Positions 38,624 to 48,438 of a DNA stretch of 64,000 nucleotides are shown here, one piece after another; the stretch's first letter is position 1, and each line of letters starts with the position of its first letter. The DNA lies in contig CAXXWQ010000002.1 in assembly GCA_963674945.2 (NCBI GenBank), positions 256,001 through 320,000 on the forward strand, read 5' to 3'. A program made the position numbers and the translations under genes. Origin of the DNA: an uncultured Desulfosarcina sp. (GTDB taxonomy: Bacteria; Desulfobacterota; Desulfobacteria; Desulfobacterales; Desulfosarcinaceae). The notes below the pieces were generated by a model. It was given only the letters and a program-made list of their open reading frames with translations, was not told the origin of the DNA and did no database searches.

Positions 38624-39073
38624 TCAATATATATACGGCACCTTCAGATTGTAGCTCTTATACACCACGAAGGTTTCCACCGATTGCACTTCATCCAGCT
38701 TGGAAACCTCCTCGGTATAAAACTCCAGCAGTCCGAACCCATCCTTGAGCAGCACCACCAGGATGAGGTCGAATCGTCCGGTAACCACGCTCACCGACAC
38801 GACCCCCCGGACGCGGCTGAACTCTTCCCCTTTTTTCACCAGATCCATCGTGTCCAGCTTCACACCCACCATCACGATTCGGTGCAGGGGAATCGCCTCG
38901 GGATTCACGAGGCCGGTGATATCCAGCACACCCTCTGATTCCAGTTTGTTGACCCGGGATCGAATGGTATTTTCGGATACGCCGAGATCCTCGGCGATTA
39001 TTTTGTAGGACTTCCTTCCCTCCCGCAAGTGGCGAATGATGGAGATGTTCAACGCATCAATTTTCACGGACAA
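38624..39073 (-). CDS. Lrp/AsnC family regulator
   Basis: GRKSYKIIAEDLGVSENTIRSRVNKL, VTGRFDL. Confidence 0.92.
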   Translation of the reverse strand: MSVKIDALNISIIRHLREGRKSYKIIAEDLGVSENTIRSRVNKLESEGVLDITGLVNPEAIPLHRIVMVGVKLDTMDLVKKGEEFSRVRGVVSVSVVTGRFDLILVVLLKDGFGLLEFYTEEVSKLDEVQSVETFVVYKSYNLKVPYIY

Positions 39074-39492
39074 CCTTTCTTTGTTTAATTGATTTAATTA
39101 TAAGTATTGTAGTCAATAATAAAGTATCCGTCCAACAAAAATTTAAAAAACTGAAGATTTCTTCAAAAGTTCGGATCGAAGTTGTCTCGCGGACGGTTTT
39201 GCGGCATCGACCGCCGCCGTCGAGGTGTCCAAAAAACAGAAGAAGCGGACCCGGCAATCTTTTCCTATTGCCGGTCCCATTTTTCGGAGAATGCACCGTT
39301 GAAAGATTTGGATCATCGCCAGTGGCGGCGGGAATGTGCAGACGGATTGCCGTGTTTTCCCGCCGGAACGGCTTGTCATCCAGACGCCAATATTCCTCCC
39401 TTGTTGTGGCATAAAATGTGAATGGATTGCGTCCATATGAACCATGGGATTCATGGGTACGATTGCCCCTTATTCAACGTAGGAGTCATCAC

Positions 39493-40320
39493 GTGTTTAA
39501 AAATGGTCTTTTGTTGTTCGGTATTTTTGTCTTCTTTCTCCTTGCCCGCGACGTGATGGGCGAGATTCCGGTCTGGGTCAATTTCAGGAGCGCTGCCATG
39601 GTGTTTACCGGAACGATCGTCTGCGGCTTGCTGGCCTTCCCCGTCCGGACCCTTTGGGGTTTTTTCAGCAGCTTTCGAAAAAGCATGCGATCCGATGGCA
39701 AGTCTTTGGCGGATTTGATTCAGCAGATCGTCGTACTGGCACGCCTGCAACGGGTCGCCGGTCTCGGCGAGATGAATCGGAAGATCAATGCCGTGTCGCA
39801 CCCCGTGCTGCGCCGGGGTTTTTTGATGATTCTGGACAATCACGATCGTCACCGCGTAGAAACAATGCTGGAAAAGGAGATCAATATCTATCTGGATCAA
39901 CTACAGACACAGCTAAACGTGGTCAATCGTTTCAGCCGTCTGGCTCCGGTCTTCGGATTCGTCGGGACCATCATCGGGTTGATCAATGTACTCAATCACA
40001 TCGGCGACAGCACCCAAATCGGACAGGGCATGGCCGCGGCGCTGCTCACCACTTTTTATGGCCTGCTTTTCGCAAATTTTCTGTTTCTCCCCCTGGCGGG
40101 AAAGTTTGCCGAATACGCCAGGCGGGAGGCCCTTGCACTCAATGTCATTTTCGATGGTGTTTTGTGTGTGGCTGATGGGCGTCCTCCCCTTGAGATCGCA
40201 CATTATTTGTTGTCCTATGCGGAGGCCGATCAAACATCCTCCCAGGCGAATTCGCTCCATCTTCCCAAAGGATGGAACCCATGGGGACGTTCGTCACTGC
40301 AACGTCCAGCGGCGAGGTGA
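39493..40320 (+). CDS. motA: MotA/PomA-type stator subunit
   Basis: APVFGFVGTIIGLI, IGQGMAAALLTTFYG...ANFLFLP; AGGAG RBS with GTG at 39493. Confidence 0.85.
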   Translation: MFKNGLLLFGIFVFFLLARDVMGEIPVWVNFRSAAMVFTGTIVCGLLAFPVRTLWGFFSSFRKSMRSDGKSLADLIQQIVVLARLQRVAGLGEMNRKINAVSHPVLRRGFLMILDNHDRHRVETMLEKEINIYLDQLQTQLNVVNRFSRLAPVFGFVGTIIGLINVLNHIGDSTQIGQGMAAALLTTFYGLLFANFLFLPLAGKFAEYARREALALNVIFDGVLCVADGRPPLEIAHYLLSYAEADQTSSQANSLHLPKGWNPWGRSSLQRPAAR

Positions 40321-40323
40321 TCG

Positions 40324-41223
40324 ATGTTCGATACCGGCGGTTCCATGGTAAACTGGCGGATGGGGATAAGGTCGGAAAAGGGTGCCGCCGCGCGGTTTTC
40401 GATTTTGGGCCAGAAAGAGGCCGCCCAGGAGGATTCCTTTCTTTGGAGCATGGCCGACCTGATGACCCTGCTCCTCATCTTTTTCGTCCTGTTATATGCC
40501 GACTCTCTGCCCCGTATGGTCCCAAAGAAGGCCGAAAAAGATCCTGCGCATGTGGTGGCGGTTTCTTCGAAGACGATATCCGAACCCGATCTGTCAGTTT
40601 CACCACCGGAAAAAGAACTATCGGCCGAACAAGCGGTGACGGAGGAAACACCGCCGTTGCCAGAACGCGAAATCCAGCTGCCGCCGGAGGCAAACACCTT
40701 GACCCTGGCGTCGGAGAAAGTCGCCGAACAGGTGGAACCCGCGGGTTCAATGGGGCCGCTGCAAAAGGAGATGGTGGAGGCGCTGGAGGACAGCTTCAGC
40801 AATGATTTCTATGTTCGGTGGGATGAAAAGGCGCCTGTTTTCGTCCTGGGGGAGCGGATCACCTTCGATGTCGGTGAAGCGGTGCTGCTGTCGGATTCGC
40901 AATCTGCGTTACAGCGGATGGCCGAACTGATCTTACCGCGTACGGACTATCTGGTGATCGTTTCGGGTCACACCGACAATGTCACCATCCGGACACCGGT
41001 TTTTCCCTCCAACTGGGAACTCTCCGCGGCACGAGCGGCCTCCGTGGCCAAGTTCTTGGCGGCCCACGGGGTTTCTCCCGAGCGGCTCGTCATTCAGGGA
41101 AGAGCGGAATATCATCCTCTCGTCGCAAATACATCGGAGCAGAACCGCAGAATCAATCGCAGGGTCGAAATTTCCCTGATTCGAGAGGCGCCGGAGTCCT
41201 CGTCCGTTTCCGAGATTCCTTGA
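40324..41223 (+). CDS. motB: MotB/PomB-type stator subunit with OmpA-like domain
   Basis: WSMADLMTLLLIFFVLLYA, GHTDN, SNWELSAARA, NRRVEI. Start uncertain (40324 or 40345). Confidence 0.87.
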   Translation: MFDTGGSMVNWRMGIRSEKGAAARFSILGQKEAAQEDSFLWSMADLMTLLLIFFVLLYADSLPRMVPKKAEKDPAHVVAVSSKTISEPDLSVSPPEKELSAEQAVTEETPPLPEREIQLPPEANTLTLASEKVAEQVEPAGSMGPLQKEMVEALEDSFSNDFYVRWDEKAPVFVLGERITFDVGEAVLLSDSQSALQRMAELILPRTDYLVIVSGHTDNVTIRTPVFPSNWELSAARAASVAKFLAAHGVSPERLVIQGRAEYHPLVANTSEQNRRINRRVEISLIREAPESSSVSEIP

Positions 41224-41285
41224 GGCATGGAAGCCGGCACTGTCGTTCCCGTGTCGTAAAACCCATTTTTTTGTAATGCCCGGGG

Positions 41286-41768
41286 TTATTGCGATCGGGG
41301 TATCTGACCTTCCAGTTCCGCGATTTTTTTTTTGATCTGTTCGATCTGTTGCTCTTTCATTCCCATTGTAAAGGTTGTGCTCAAGCCGCGGTTTTCGATC
41401 CTGGCAATCTCCTGGCGCAGTCGGGCCTGCTCCTCGATGATCTGGCGTGTCCGCTCGTCCAGTTCCGCCTGCCGTCGTTCCTCGGCTTCCCGGGCCTTTT
41501 TGTCGGCTTGCTGCTCGAAATGCCGATCGGCTTCTTCGCCGGCCTCTTCCACCATGGTGTCGAATGCCTGTCGCTGCTGATTTGCCTGCTGCTCGTCGTA
41601 TTGGATTTCCTGAATCGACTCCACGTTTTCGGCATCTTCCGGAGGCTGGGAATTGGAGTAACGTTTCACGCCGTCCGCATCCGTCCATGTATAGATGGTG
41701 CCGGCCAGGGTGTTTGCGCTGATAAACAAGAGTGTTATGGTCAAGATCGTCAAAGTTGTCCGATGCAT
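41286..41768 (-). CDS. DUF4124 domain secreted protein
   Basis: Signal peptide then IYTWTDADGVKRYSNSQPP; coiled-coil tail. Confidence 0.82.
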   Translation of the reverse strand: MHRTTLTILTITLLFISANTLAGTIYTWTDADGVKRYSNSQPPEDAENVESIQEIQYDEQQANQQRQAFDTMVEEAGEEADRHFEQQADKKAREAEERRQAELDERTRQIIEEQARLRQEIARIENRGLSTTFTMGMKEQQIEQIKKKIAELEGQIPRSQ

Positions 41769-41931
41769 GATAGTCTCCTTGCGGTATCGGTCGAGCAAAC
41801 CGATAAACATCAGAAAATACCACTAATTTATAGATTCTGTTCCCATGCGTCAACCCAAAATACCCTGGTGCTTTTGTAAAAATGCGCAAATTGTTGCACC
41901 TGCAGGAAAAGATGTGGTAACGATACGAAAT

Positions 41932-42079
41932 ACGGCTGCGAAAATAGCGTGATATCCGCTTTCCTTGCGACGCACGTTTGTTGTCCGTCTCATTTGTCGG
42001 GATGAGAGGCGTGTTCGTTCGCTTGTACTTGCCATTGCGGACAAAAATATTGATCTCGTGATTTTTTTGCGAAGCCGTC
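41932..42079. repeat. Divergent family A-like element
   Basis: ACGGCTGCGAAAA ... TTTTTTTGCGAAGCCGTC termini. Confidence 0.5.
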
Positions 42080-42370
42080 TCTCATCTTTTTTTCCGAGCC
42101 TGTAAAAAGCGTTTCCGGGCCATGGATGGCCAAACGGTATTACGAAATAAACGCATTCTTGTATTTTTTTGTCGTTGGATTGAATGGGGAAAGGTTTTTT
42201 AATCTGTAATCATGAACGAGTTCCTTGGAAGTACCGAATAAATTTGAAACGAAGCGTTTCGGCACACGATCGTTGTGAAAAGCAAATAGCCAAAACACCG
42301 TCAAACTTTTTGCTGCTATTGGAAAAAAATTGACGGTTTTTTATACGAGGGGAGCCTGTAGAGCGAAAAA

Positions 42371-43807
42371 ATGCATTCCATAAAACTGGTCGTCGAATAT
42401 TGGGTGTTGCTCGTTCCCATATTTCTTCATGTGATCGGTATTCTTTTCGTTTTCGATGTGCTGATGAACGGTCGGACGAGCCAGGGTACCATTGCCTGGG
42501 TCATGGCGCTTTTTTTCTTTCCCTACATGGCCGTTTTCCTCTATCTCATTTTTGGCGCCCGGCGTATTCAGGAATACGCCGCGGCCCATCAGACCGGTAC
42601 AACGGAAATTCACCACCTCGGCAAAATGCTGCGCCAGGACCGGCAGCTGCGTACACTCATGGTTCGGGAGACACCGCAGATCGATGTTTTAAGCGACATC
42701 TACCAACTGCCCATCATGAAGGGCAACCGATGCGCCCTGTTGATCGACGGAACGGAAACCTTCGATTCCATTTTGGCGGGTATTGCCGCTGCACGGCGCT
42801 ATGTGCTGGCGCAATTTTTCATCGTCCATGACGACGATTTGGGTCGTCGGTTCCAATCGGCTCTGATGGAGCGTGCACAAGCCGGTGTCCGTGTCTACTT
42901 TCTCTACGACACGATTGGGTCGGTGGGCCTTCCCCGTTCCTATTTGAAAGAACTGAGAGCCGCCGGCGTACAAGTGTGTATGTTCCGGGTTGGGCATGGC
43001 TGGCTGAACCGGTTTCGGATCAACTTTCGAAATCACCGGAAGATTGTGGTGGTGGACGGGGAAAAAAGCTGGGTGGGCGGGCACAACGTAGGCGATTCCT
43101 ACTTGGGGAAGGACAGGCGTTTTTCCAGGTGGCGGGATACCCACGTGAAGATGGCCGGGCCGGTTACCCTCGCCGTTCAACTCTCCTTCGTGGAGGATTG
43201 GCATTGGGCCTGCGGCAAGATACCCGATGTCTCGTGGGCCCCGCCGCCCACTTTCGGTAACGAACCGGTACTGTGTATTCCCACCGGTCCCGGCGACCTG
43301 GTGGAGAGCTGCTCCCTCATGATGGTCCAGGCCATCAATGCCGCCACCCGGCGTTGTTGGATATTCAGTCCCTATTTTGTTCCGGATGTGGCCGTTATCA
43401 AGGCCCTTCAGCTTGCTGCCATGCGCGGCGTGGATGTGCGTATCGTCATGCCCGCAAATCCGGACAAGCGGGTGGTGTGGTGGGCGGCCCATAGTTATCT
43501 GTCCGAAGTCGCCGTGGCCGGTGTGCGTATGTACAAATACCGGGAAGGCTTCATGCACCAGAAGGTGTTTTTGATCGACGACGCCATGGCCGGTATCGGC
43601 ACGGCCAATCTGGACAACCGAAGCCTGCGAATCAACTTCGAGATCACCATGGTTTTTACCAATCCCGATTTCATTCGGCGGGTGGACCGAATGTGCCGGG
43701 ACGATCTGGCGCTTTGCGATCCTTTGACCACCGACGATGTCTATCGCCGATCCTTTTTCTTCCGTCTGGCCATCCGGACGGCCCGCCTCTTCTCCCCTAT
43801 TCTGTGA
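42371..43807 (+). CDS. cls: Cardiolipin synthase
   Basis: Two HKD motifs (NHRKIVVVDG, MHQKVFLIDD), SPYFVP, NLDNRSLRINFE, N-terminal TM pair. Confidence 0.93.
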   Translation: MHSIKLVVEYWVLLVPIFLHVIGILFVFDVLMNGRTSQGTIAWVMALFFFPYMAVFLYLIFGARRIQEYAAAHQTGTTEIHHLGKMLRQDRQLRTLMVRETPQIDVLSDIYQLPIMKGNRCALLIDGTETFDSILAGIAAARRYVLAQFFIVHDDDLGRRFQSALMERAQAGVRVYFLYDTIGSVGLPRSYLKELRAAGVQVCMFRVGHGWLNRFRINFRNHRKIVVVDGEKSWVGGHNVGDSYLGKDRRFSRWRDTHVKMAGPVTLAVQLSFVEDWHWACGKIPDVSWAPPPTFGNEPVLCIPTGPGDLVESCSLMMVQAINAATRRCWIFSPYFVPDVAVIKALQLAAMRGVDVRIVMPANPDKRVVWWAAHSYLSEVAVAGVRMYKYREGFMHQKVFLIDDAMAGIGTANLDNRSLRINFEITMVFTNPDFIRRVDRMCRDDLALCDPLTTDDVYRRSFFFRLAIRTARLFSPIL

Positions 43808-44043
43808 GGAGGATCGAAGTCCTATTCTGCTATGTTCGATGCACCATGGAGAAAATTTCACCTTCCACCCCGGCATATCAAACGATCTGTTTCCGGAAAA
43901 AACGCCCCTGCCCTTGAGATACTTAACAGTGTGTAAATAATACTGACATATCTACGATTCCATTTTGTTATCAAAGTTTTTTCCTTTCAGTAATTTCCTA
44001 TTTAATTTAAGGTTGTTACGTTCGACATTCTTTTTCTTGTAGG

Positions 44044-44059
44044 CGGCACATCCATTGCA
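44044..44059 (+). promoter_or_regulatory. Sigma54 (-24/-12) promoter
   Basis: CGGCACATCCATTGCA, about 70 nt upstream of the 44128 start. Confidence 0.65.
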
Positions 44060-44127
44060 TTGGCATGGCGCAGGCTATGACGGAAGAGCGTCGCTCGGTG
44101 TAATACAACAGACAAGGAGGAGTCGTA

Positions 44128-44940
44128 ATGAGAAAATACGCAATTATTTTTTGTATGGTGGTGGCCGCTGTGCTTCTTCTTCTACCCCTGCAAGCTCCAT
44201 TGGCAGCAAATTATCAAGGGCACATTGTCATCAGTTGTTCCGCACAGGCGTACGATGCTTTCATTGAACCCGCCATTAAGGTCTTTGAAAAAGAGAATAA
44301 TATCGAAGTAGATGTCTTTGTGTGTTCTTCCAAGGTGGCGGTGGACCGGGTCGATAACGATTATGCCCAAATCGCCGTTTCAACGGAGGATATTCCGATT
44401 CGGTACTCCTATATGGAAAGTGGGTATAAGAAAATTGAATTTTGTAAGGACACTCTTGCAGTGATTGCAAACGAGGGTTTCGGCCCGAACGATATTACGA
44501 CGGAACAGATCCGGGCCATTTTTAGCGGTCAGATAACCAACCAAAAAGAGGTTGGTGGGAGAGATCAGGAAATTGTGATTGTAGCTCCAGAAAAGAACAC
44601 CGCTGCTTACAATAACTTCTGCCGTCAAGTGATGGGAAGAGAAGGCGTGAAGTATGATGTCTCCACCTATACCTCGACCGATACGATCAGAATGGTGAAG
44701 TTGATACCGGGCGCCATATCTTTTATTTCTCACGGCGCGTTGTACAATAAAGAAGGGATAAAAGTACTGTCGGTAAATGGTGTTTCTCCGAAAAACGGCG
44801 CCTATCCCTATTCACAGACATTTTCTTTTATCATCAAGAGGCCTCCGGGAAAAACGATAAGGGCGTTCATCGATTTTCCGAAAACGGACAAGGGACAAGC
44901 CATCATTCGGGAGAGAGGAATGGTGCCCATCTCCTATTGA
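44128..44940 (+). CDS. PstS-like periplasmic substrate-binding protein
   Basis: Signal peptide, D.LAVIAN, IRAIFSGQITN, PGAISFIS, NGAYPY; AAGGAGG RBS. Confidence 0.78.
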   Translation: MRKYAIIFCMVVAAVLLLLPLQAPLAANYQGHIVISCSAQAYDAFIEPAIKVFEKENNIEVDVFVCSSKVAVDRVDNDYAQIAVSTEDIPIRYSYMESGYKKIEFCKDTLAVIANEGFGPNDITTEQIRAIFSGQITNQKEVGGRDQEIVIVAPEKNTAAYNNFCRQVMGREGVKYDVSTYTSTDTIRMVKLIPGAISFISHGALYNKEGIKVLSVNGVSPKNGAYPYSQTFSFIIKRPPGKTIRAFIDFPKTDKGQAIIRERGMVPISY

Positions 44941-45044
44941 CTCGTTACCGATTCATGATCTGCCGTTTAATCATAATTGAAAGATCTGTTCTTTTCTCGT
45001 TTTGCTGCCATTAGGGTAGGGTACATAGCAATAAAAATCAGGAG

Positions 45045-45074
45045 GGCCGACCACTGCCAATAGAGTGGTCGGCC
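45045..45074. terminator. Hairpin between convergent genes
   Basis: GGCCGACCACT ... AGTGGTCGGCC perfect 11-bp stem. Confidence 0.55.
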
Positions 45075-45262
45075 GTTTCCTATGGCTATTTGGTGCCTGA
45101 CCAGAAATGAAAAATATTTATCTTCTCATGAATGAAAAAAGGATACGAGACTTCGATGAGAAGTACTTCGCCGCTGAAATAAGAAGAACTCCCACGCCCT
45201 GCTTTTTCATCCGGACACTTTTTCGAAATTTCCCACGGAAGAATCCGATGCGGTCTCTCTGT

Positions 45263-48106
45263 CTAAGATGGTCTCTCGTGCACCCCGTGCAGGGTTATAC
45301 CCGCCGGTAAGGATTCGCCGAACAGGGCCTGCTCTTCCTGGTGGGCGATGGGGACAACCTCGGTCAAGAACCGTCGCGGATCGGCCATTTCCGGTTCCTG
45401 TGGAATCCATGCCAGCAGGCGATCGATGACCTTGACATCCAGGTCACGGGTGCGGTCGCCGGTTTTCCGGGCGATTTGGGCCAGGGCGTTGACTGCCGGT
45501 TTGACCGGCGGCCATTGCTGCTCCAGAAAATGTTCGATCCAATGTTGCGCTTCCGTGGCCTCGATTACGCGATCCACGGGGCCGTATAGGGGCTCACGGG
45601 CGCCGATTCGTGCCAGGGTCCAGAAATACTGCTGCCTTTTCTGCTTGGGTGTTAGTTGAGACAACAGCAAACGGCCCCACTGGATCTTGTCCTTGACGTA
45701 GAGTCTTTCCAGGTTGGCAACAAGCATCCACAATTCTATCTGCTGCTGGATGGAAATTTTGCTCTTGGCGCCTTTTTTCCTTGGGATGAGAATACCGCCG
45801 ATATCCTGACTCAATTGGCGTTGCTGTCCCGGATTCAAGCCGCCGGCCAATCGGCGCCACATGATCCACCATTCGGTCAGCACCTGGGCGTCTTTTCCGT
45901 GGACAGGACCCTGCTGGTATATTTTCCAGGCTTTTTTCATTCGCCACGAATCCAGCGCATCACCGAATCCCGGCCGCAGACAAAAACCCAGGAGGTTATT
46001 CCATCTCGCCTCGTGTTGGGCCGAGCGCTGGCGATCATTCCGATTTTCCAATAATTGGTCGGCCAGATCCCGGAGAAAGGTCAGCGGCCAGTCGTTTTTC
46101 GGCAGGTCGACGATGCCGGCGATCCGTTTGACCAGACCCGCCAGCTGGTTGGCGTCCGCTGCTTTGAACACATCGTTTGCCGCTCTTTTTGCCTCTTTCA
46201 CGCTTCCGGCTTCCAGCACGGTCGCTTCCTGAACCTGGCCGGAACTGTCGGTGGCATCCCGCAGCTGGAACTGCAGCTGCCAGCGGTGATCACTGGTTGT
46301 GGATCGGCAAAAGAGCGCCAGGGTTCCCATTTCGGTGTATTCGGCTTCGATCCGTACCGGTATTTTGGTTTCTGCACCCTTTTTTCCGAACTGAATGACC
46401 GTCTGCAAGGCGGGAAGGGCGGTAAAGCTGTCGTCGATCTCATACATTTCGCCCCTTTTGTCGTTACTTCGGTAGCTGGAACTGTAGAGATCGAAGCGAA
46501 CCGGGCGGTTGGCCAACACCTCGAACTTTTTATCGCTCAGCCGGATCGTGGTCCCCTCATCCAACCCGCGTTCGACCAGGCAGATGGCCTGGTGAGGCGC
46601 CTGGGCCTGACCATCCTGTTGGCCGATGCCCAGGTAAAAGGATCGGGGGCTTCCGCTTCCCACGCGGACCCCTTCGCCGATTTTTACCAGCCCGTAGTAT
46701 GCGGCGCCCAGTGCAACGGCCAGGTTCATGTCGGGATTATCGATGATCCGTGGAACAATATCCGTTTCCCCGGAAAAGTTGGCCCTGATGGCCTGTACGA
46801 CCCGATCCTGGATGATCCCCGGGGTGAGTGCTCCGCCGTTGAAAAGGATCAAATCGGGCATGGGGCAGCCTTTGCCCACGGCTTCGGCCACGTCCTTTTG
46901 GTGACGTTGCAAAAAGCGGCACAAGTGGCGTGTCACCGCCGGCTCATGCTCGTAGGGGAGGCCGAATTCGGAAATGGCCAGACGCTGCACCGGTGCCTCG
47001 TGTTCGCCGTCGATGATGGGAAAGAAGCCTTCGAGAAGGATTTGCGAAATGGTCTTTTGGTCCAACTCCACGGAGATGGTGTCGTCGATCAGGCGGCTGC
47101 CCGTTCCCATCAAGGTGATGGTCTGTTTTTCTGCCTTTCCGGAGAGGATGTTTTCTTTTGCCTGTCGGCATTGATGGCACAAAGCCTTCCACCGGTCTGT
47201 GGAGAGTGGCTGGCGTTTTCCGGAATTTTTCGATTCCACTGCCCTGGCAAGGGCCATGTCCATGTTGTCACCCCCCAATATCAGATGGTCGCCGACGGAT
47301 ATACGGTTGAATCGCGGGCTGCCCCCTTCGGCCGTACTCACTGCGATCAGGGTAAAGTCCGTGGTGCCGCCGCCCACATCACAAATGAGAATCAGTTCTT
47401 CGGGTCGAACGTGGTCACGCCATGTATGTTCATTTTCCACAAGCCAACTGTAAAAGGCGGCCAGGGGTTCCTCGATCAGGGTCACATCCGTAAGGCCGGT
47501 CATCTTGGCCGCCTCCAGGGTCAGCTCGCGGGCAACCTCGTCGAAGGAGGCCGGAACGGTGAGAATCACCTTTTGGTTCTCGAGAAACAGCTCCTCTTCG
47601 TTTCCGAAGGAATGGTTCCATGCCTGTTTGATGTGTGTCAGATATGCCGCGCTGGCATGGACGGGAGAGACCTTCATGACCTCCTGGGGTGCCCCCCACG
47701 GCAAGATGCGGGCATTGCGATCGACCTTGTCATGACAAAGCCAGCTTTTGGCCGATGATACCAGGCGGTTTGGCACTTTGGCACCCTGATCACGGGCCAG
47801 TGCGCCGACGAAGTGATCCTCGGATGTGGGCCAGGGATGGACGATTCCGGTAAGATCCACATCGTATTCACCGGGGATGTATAAAAAGGAGGGAAGAACG
47901 GACAGTCGGTGAAATTCCCCCGGGCCGGTCAACTGGGGGATTTCGAAAATATGAATGGGCCTTTCGGCCTTTTTTCCAAGGCTGCGTAAATCAACGTATG
48001 AGACCGCCGAATTGGTTGTCCCCAGGTCGATGCCGACGATGAATGGGAGATCCGTCTCGGAAAAAACCTCTGTATCCTCTTCATGTTTGATGGAAGAATG
48101 GTTCAT
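45263..48106 (-). CDS. Atypical Hsp70-family protein with long C-terminal extension (DUF3731-like)
   Basis: GIDLGTTNS, TVPASFD, EEPLAAF, DVGGGTTDF, GGDNMD, LFNGG; C-terminal WNNLLGFCLRPGFGDALD.WR. Confidence 0.87.
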   Translation of the reverse strand: MNHSSIKHEEDTEVFSETDLPFIVGIDLGTTNSAVSYVDLRSLGKKAERPIHIFEIPQLTGPGEFHRLSVLPSFLYIPGEYDVDLTGIVHPWPTSEDHFVGALARDQGAKVPNRLVSSAKSWLCHDKVDRNARILPWGAPQEVMKVSPVHASAAYLTHIKQAWNHSFGNEEELFLENQKVILTVPASFDEVARELTLEAAKMTGLTDVTLIEEPLAAFYSWLVENEHTWRDHVRPEELILICDVGGGTTDFTLIAVSTAEGGSPRFNRISVGDHLILGGDNMDMALARAVESKNSGKRQPLSTDRWKALCHQCRQAKENILSGKAEKQTITLMGTGSRLIDDTISVELDQKTISQILLEGFFPIIDGEHEAPVQRLAISEFGLPYEHEPAVTRHLCRFLQRHQKDVAEAVGKGCPMPDLILFNGGALTPGIIQDRVVQAIRANFSGETDIVPRIIDNPDMNLAVALGAAYYGLVKIGEGVRVGSGSPRSFYLGIGQQDGQAQAPHQAICLVERGLDEGTTIRLSDKKFEVLANRPVRFDLYSSSYRSNDKRGEMYEIDDSFTALPALQTVIQFGKKGAETKIPVRIEAEYTEMGTLALFCRSTTSDHRWQLQFQLRDATDSSGQVQEATVLEAGSVKEAKRAANDVFKAADANQLAGLVKRIAGIVDLPKNDWPLTFLRDLADQLLENRNDRQRSAQHEARWNNLLGFCLRPGFGDALDSWRMKKAWKIYQQGPVHGKDAQVLTEWWIMWRRLAGGLNPGQQRQLSQDIGGILIPRKKGAKSKISIQQQIELWMLVANLERLYVKDKIQWGRLLLSQLTPKQKRQQYFWTLARIGAREPLYGPVDRVIEATEAQHWIEHFLEQQWPPVKPAVNALAQIARKTGDRTRDLDVKVIDRLLAWIPQEPEMADPRRFLTEVVPIAHQEEQALFGESLPAGITLHGVHERPS

Positions 48107-48160
48107 TTTTGCCTGTTCGTTATTCAGTTCAGAAAAAAATGACTCTGCCCAAGGATTGTT

Positions 48161-48289
48161 ACAGGAATCCAGGAGTCAGAATCCAGAATCAGGTATTCGC
48201 CTTCGGCTCGATCCATCTGATCCAGTCGATGGTCCAATCGACGGAGCGAAGCGACATCAGGTTCATTCTGGCTCCTCGTATCTGACTTC
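48161..48289. repeat. Family B element (reverse orientation)
   Basis: CAGGAGTCAGAATCCAGAATC...CGCCTTCGGCTCGATCCA...GGAGCGAAGCGACATC. Confidence 0.8.
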
Positions 48290-48438
48290 ATTTTCCCGAA
48301 GTCAGGTTTTAGTTCAAACCGGTTGAAAGCCGGCGGCAGCGCTGAATTCTGACTTCTGACTCCAATGGTTCCCGCGATTGTCGCCTATCCCCCATCTGGT
48401 GGGAATTCGAAGCTGGGCATTCCAATCACGGATTTTCG

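Noticed and set aside
38483..39420. Glycine riboswitch upstream of gcvT
   Set aside because: No GGAGA...CCGAAG / CTCTCAGG aptamer motifs were found by eye.
39493..41223. Zorya ZorAB defence system
   Set aside because: The MotA-like protein lacks the long ZorA tail and no zorC/D/E genes are adjacent.
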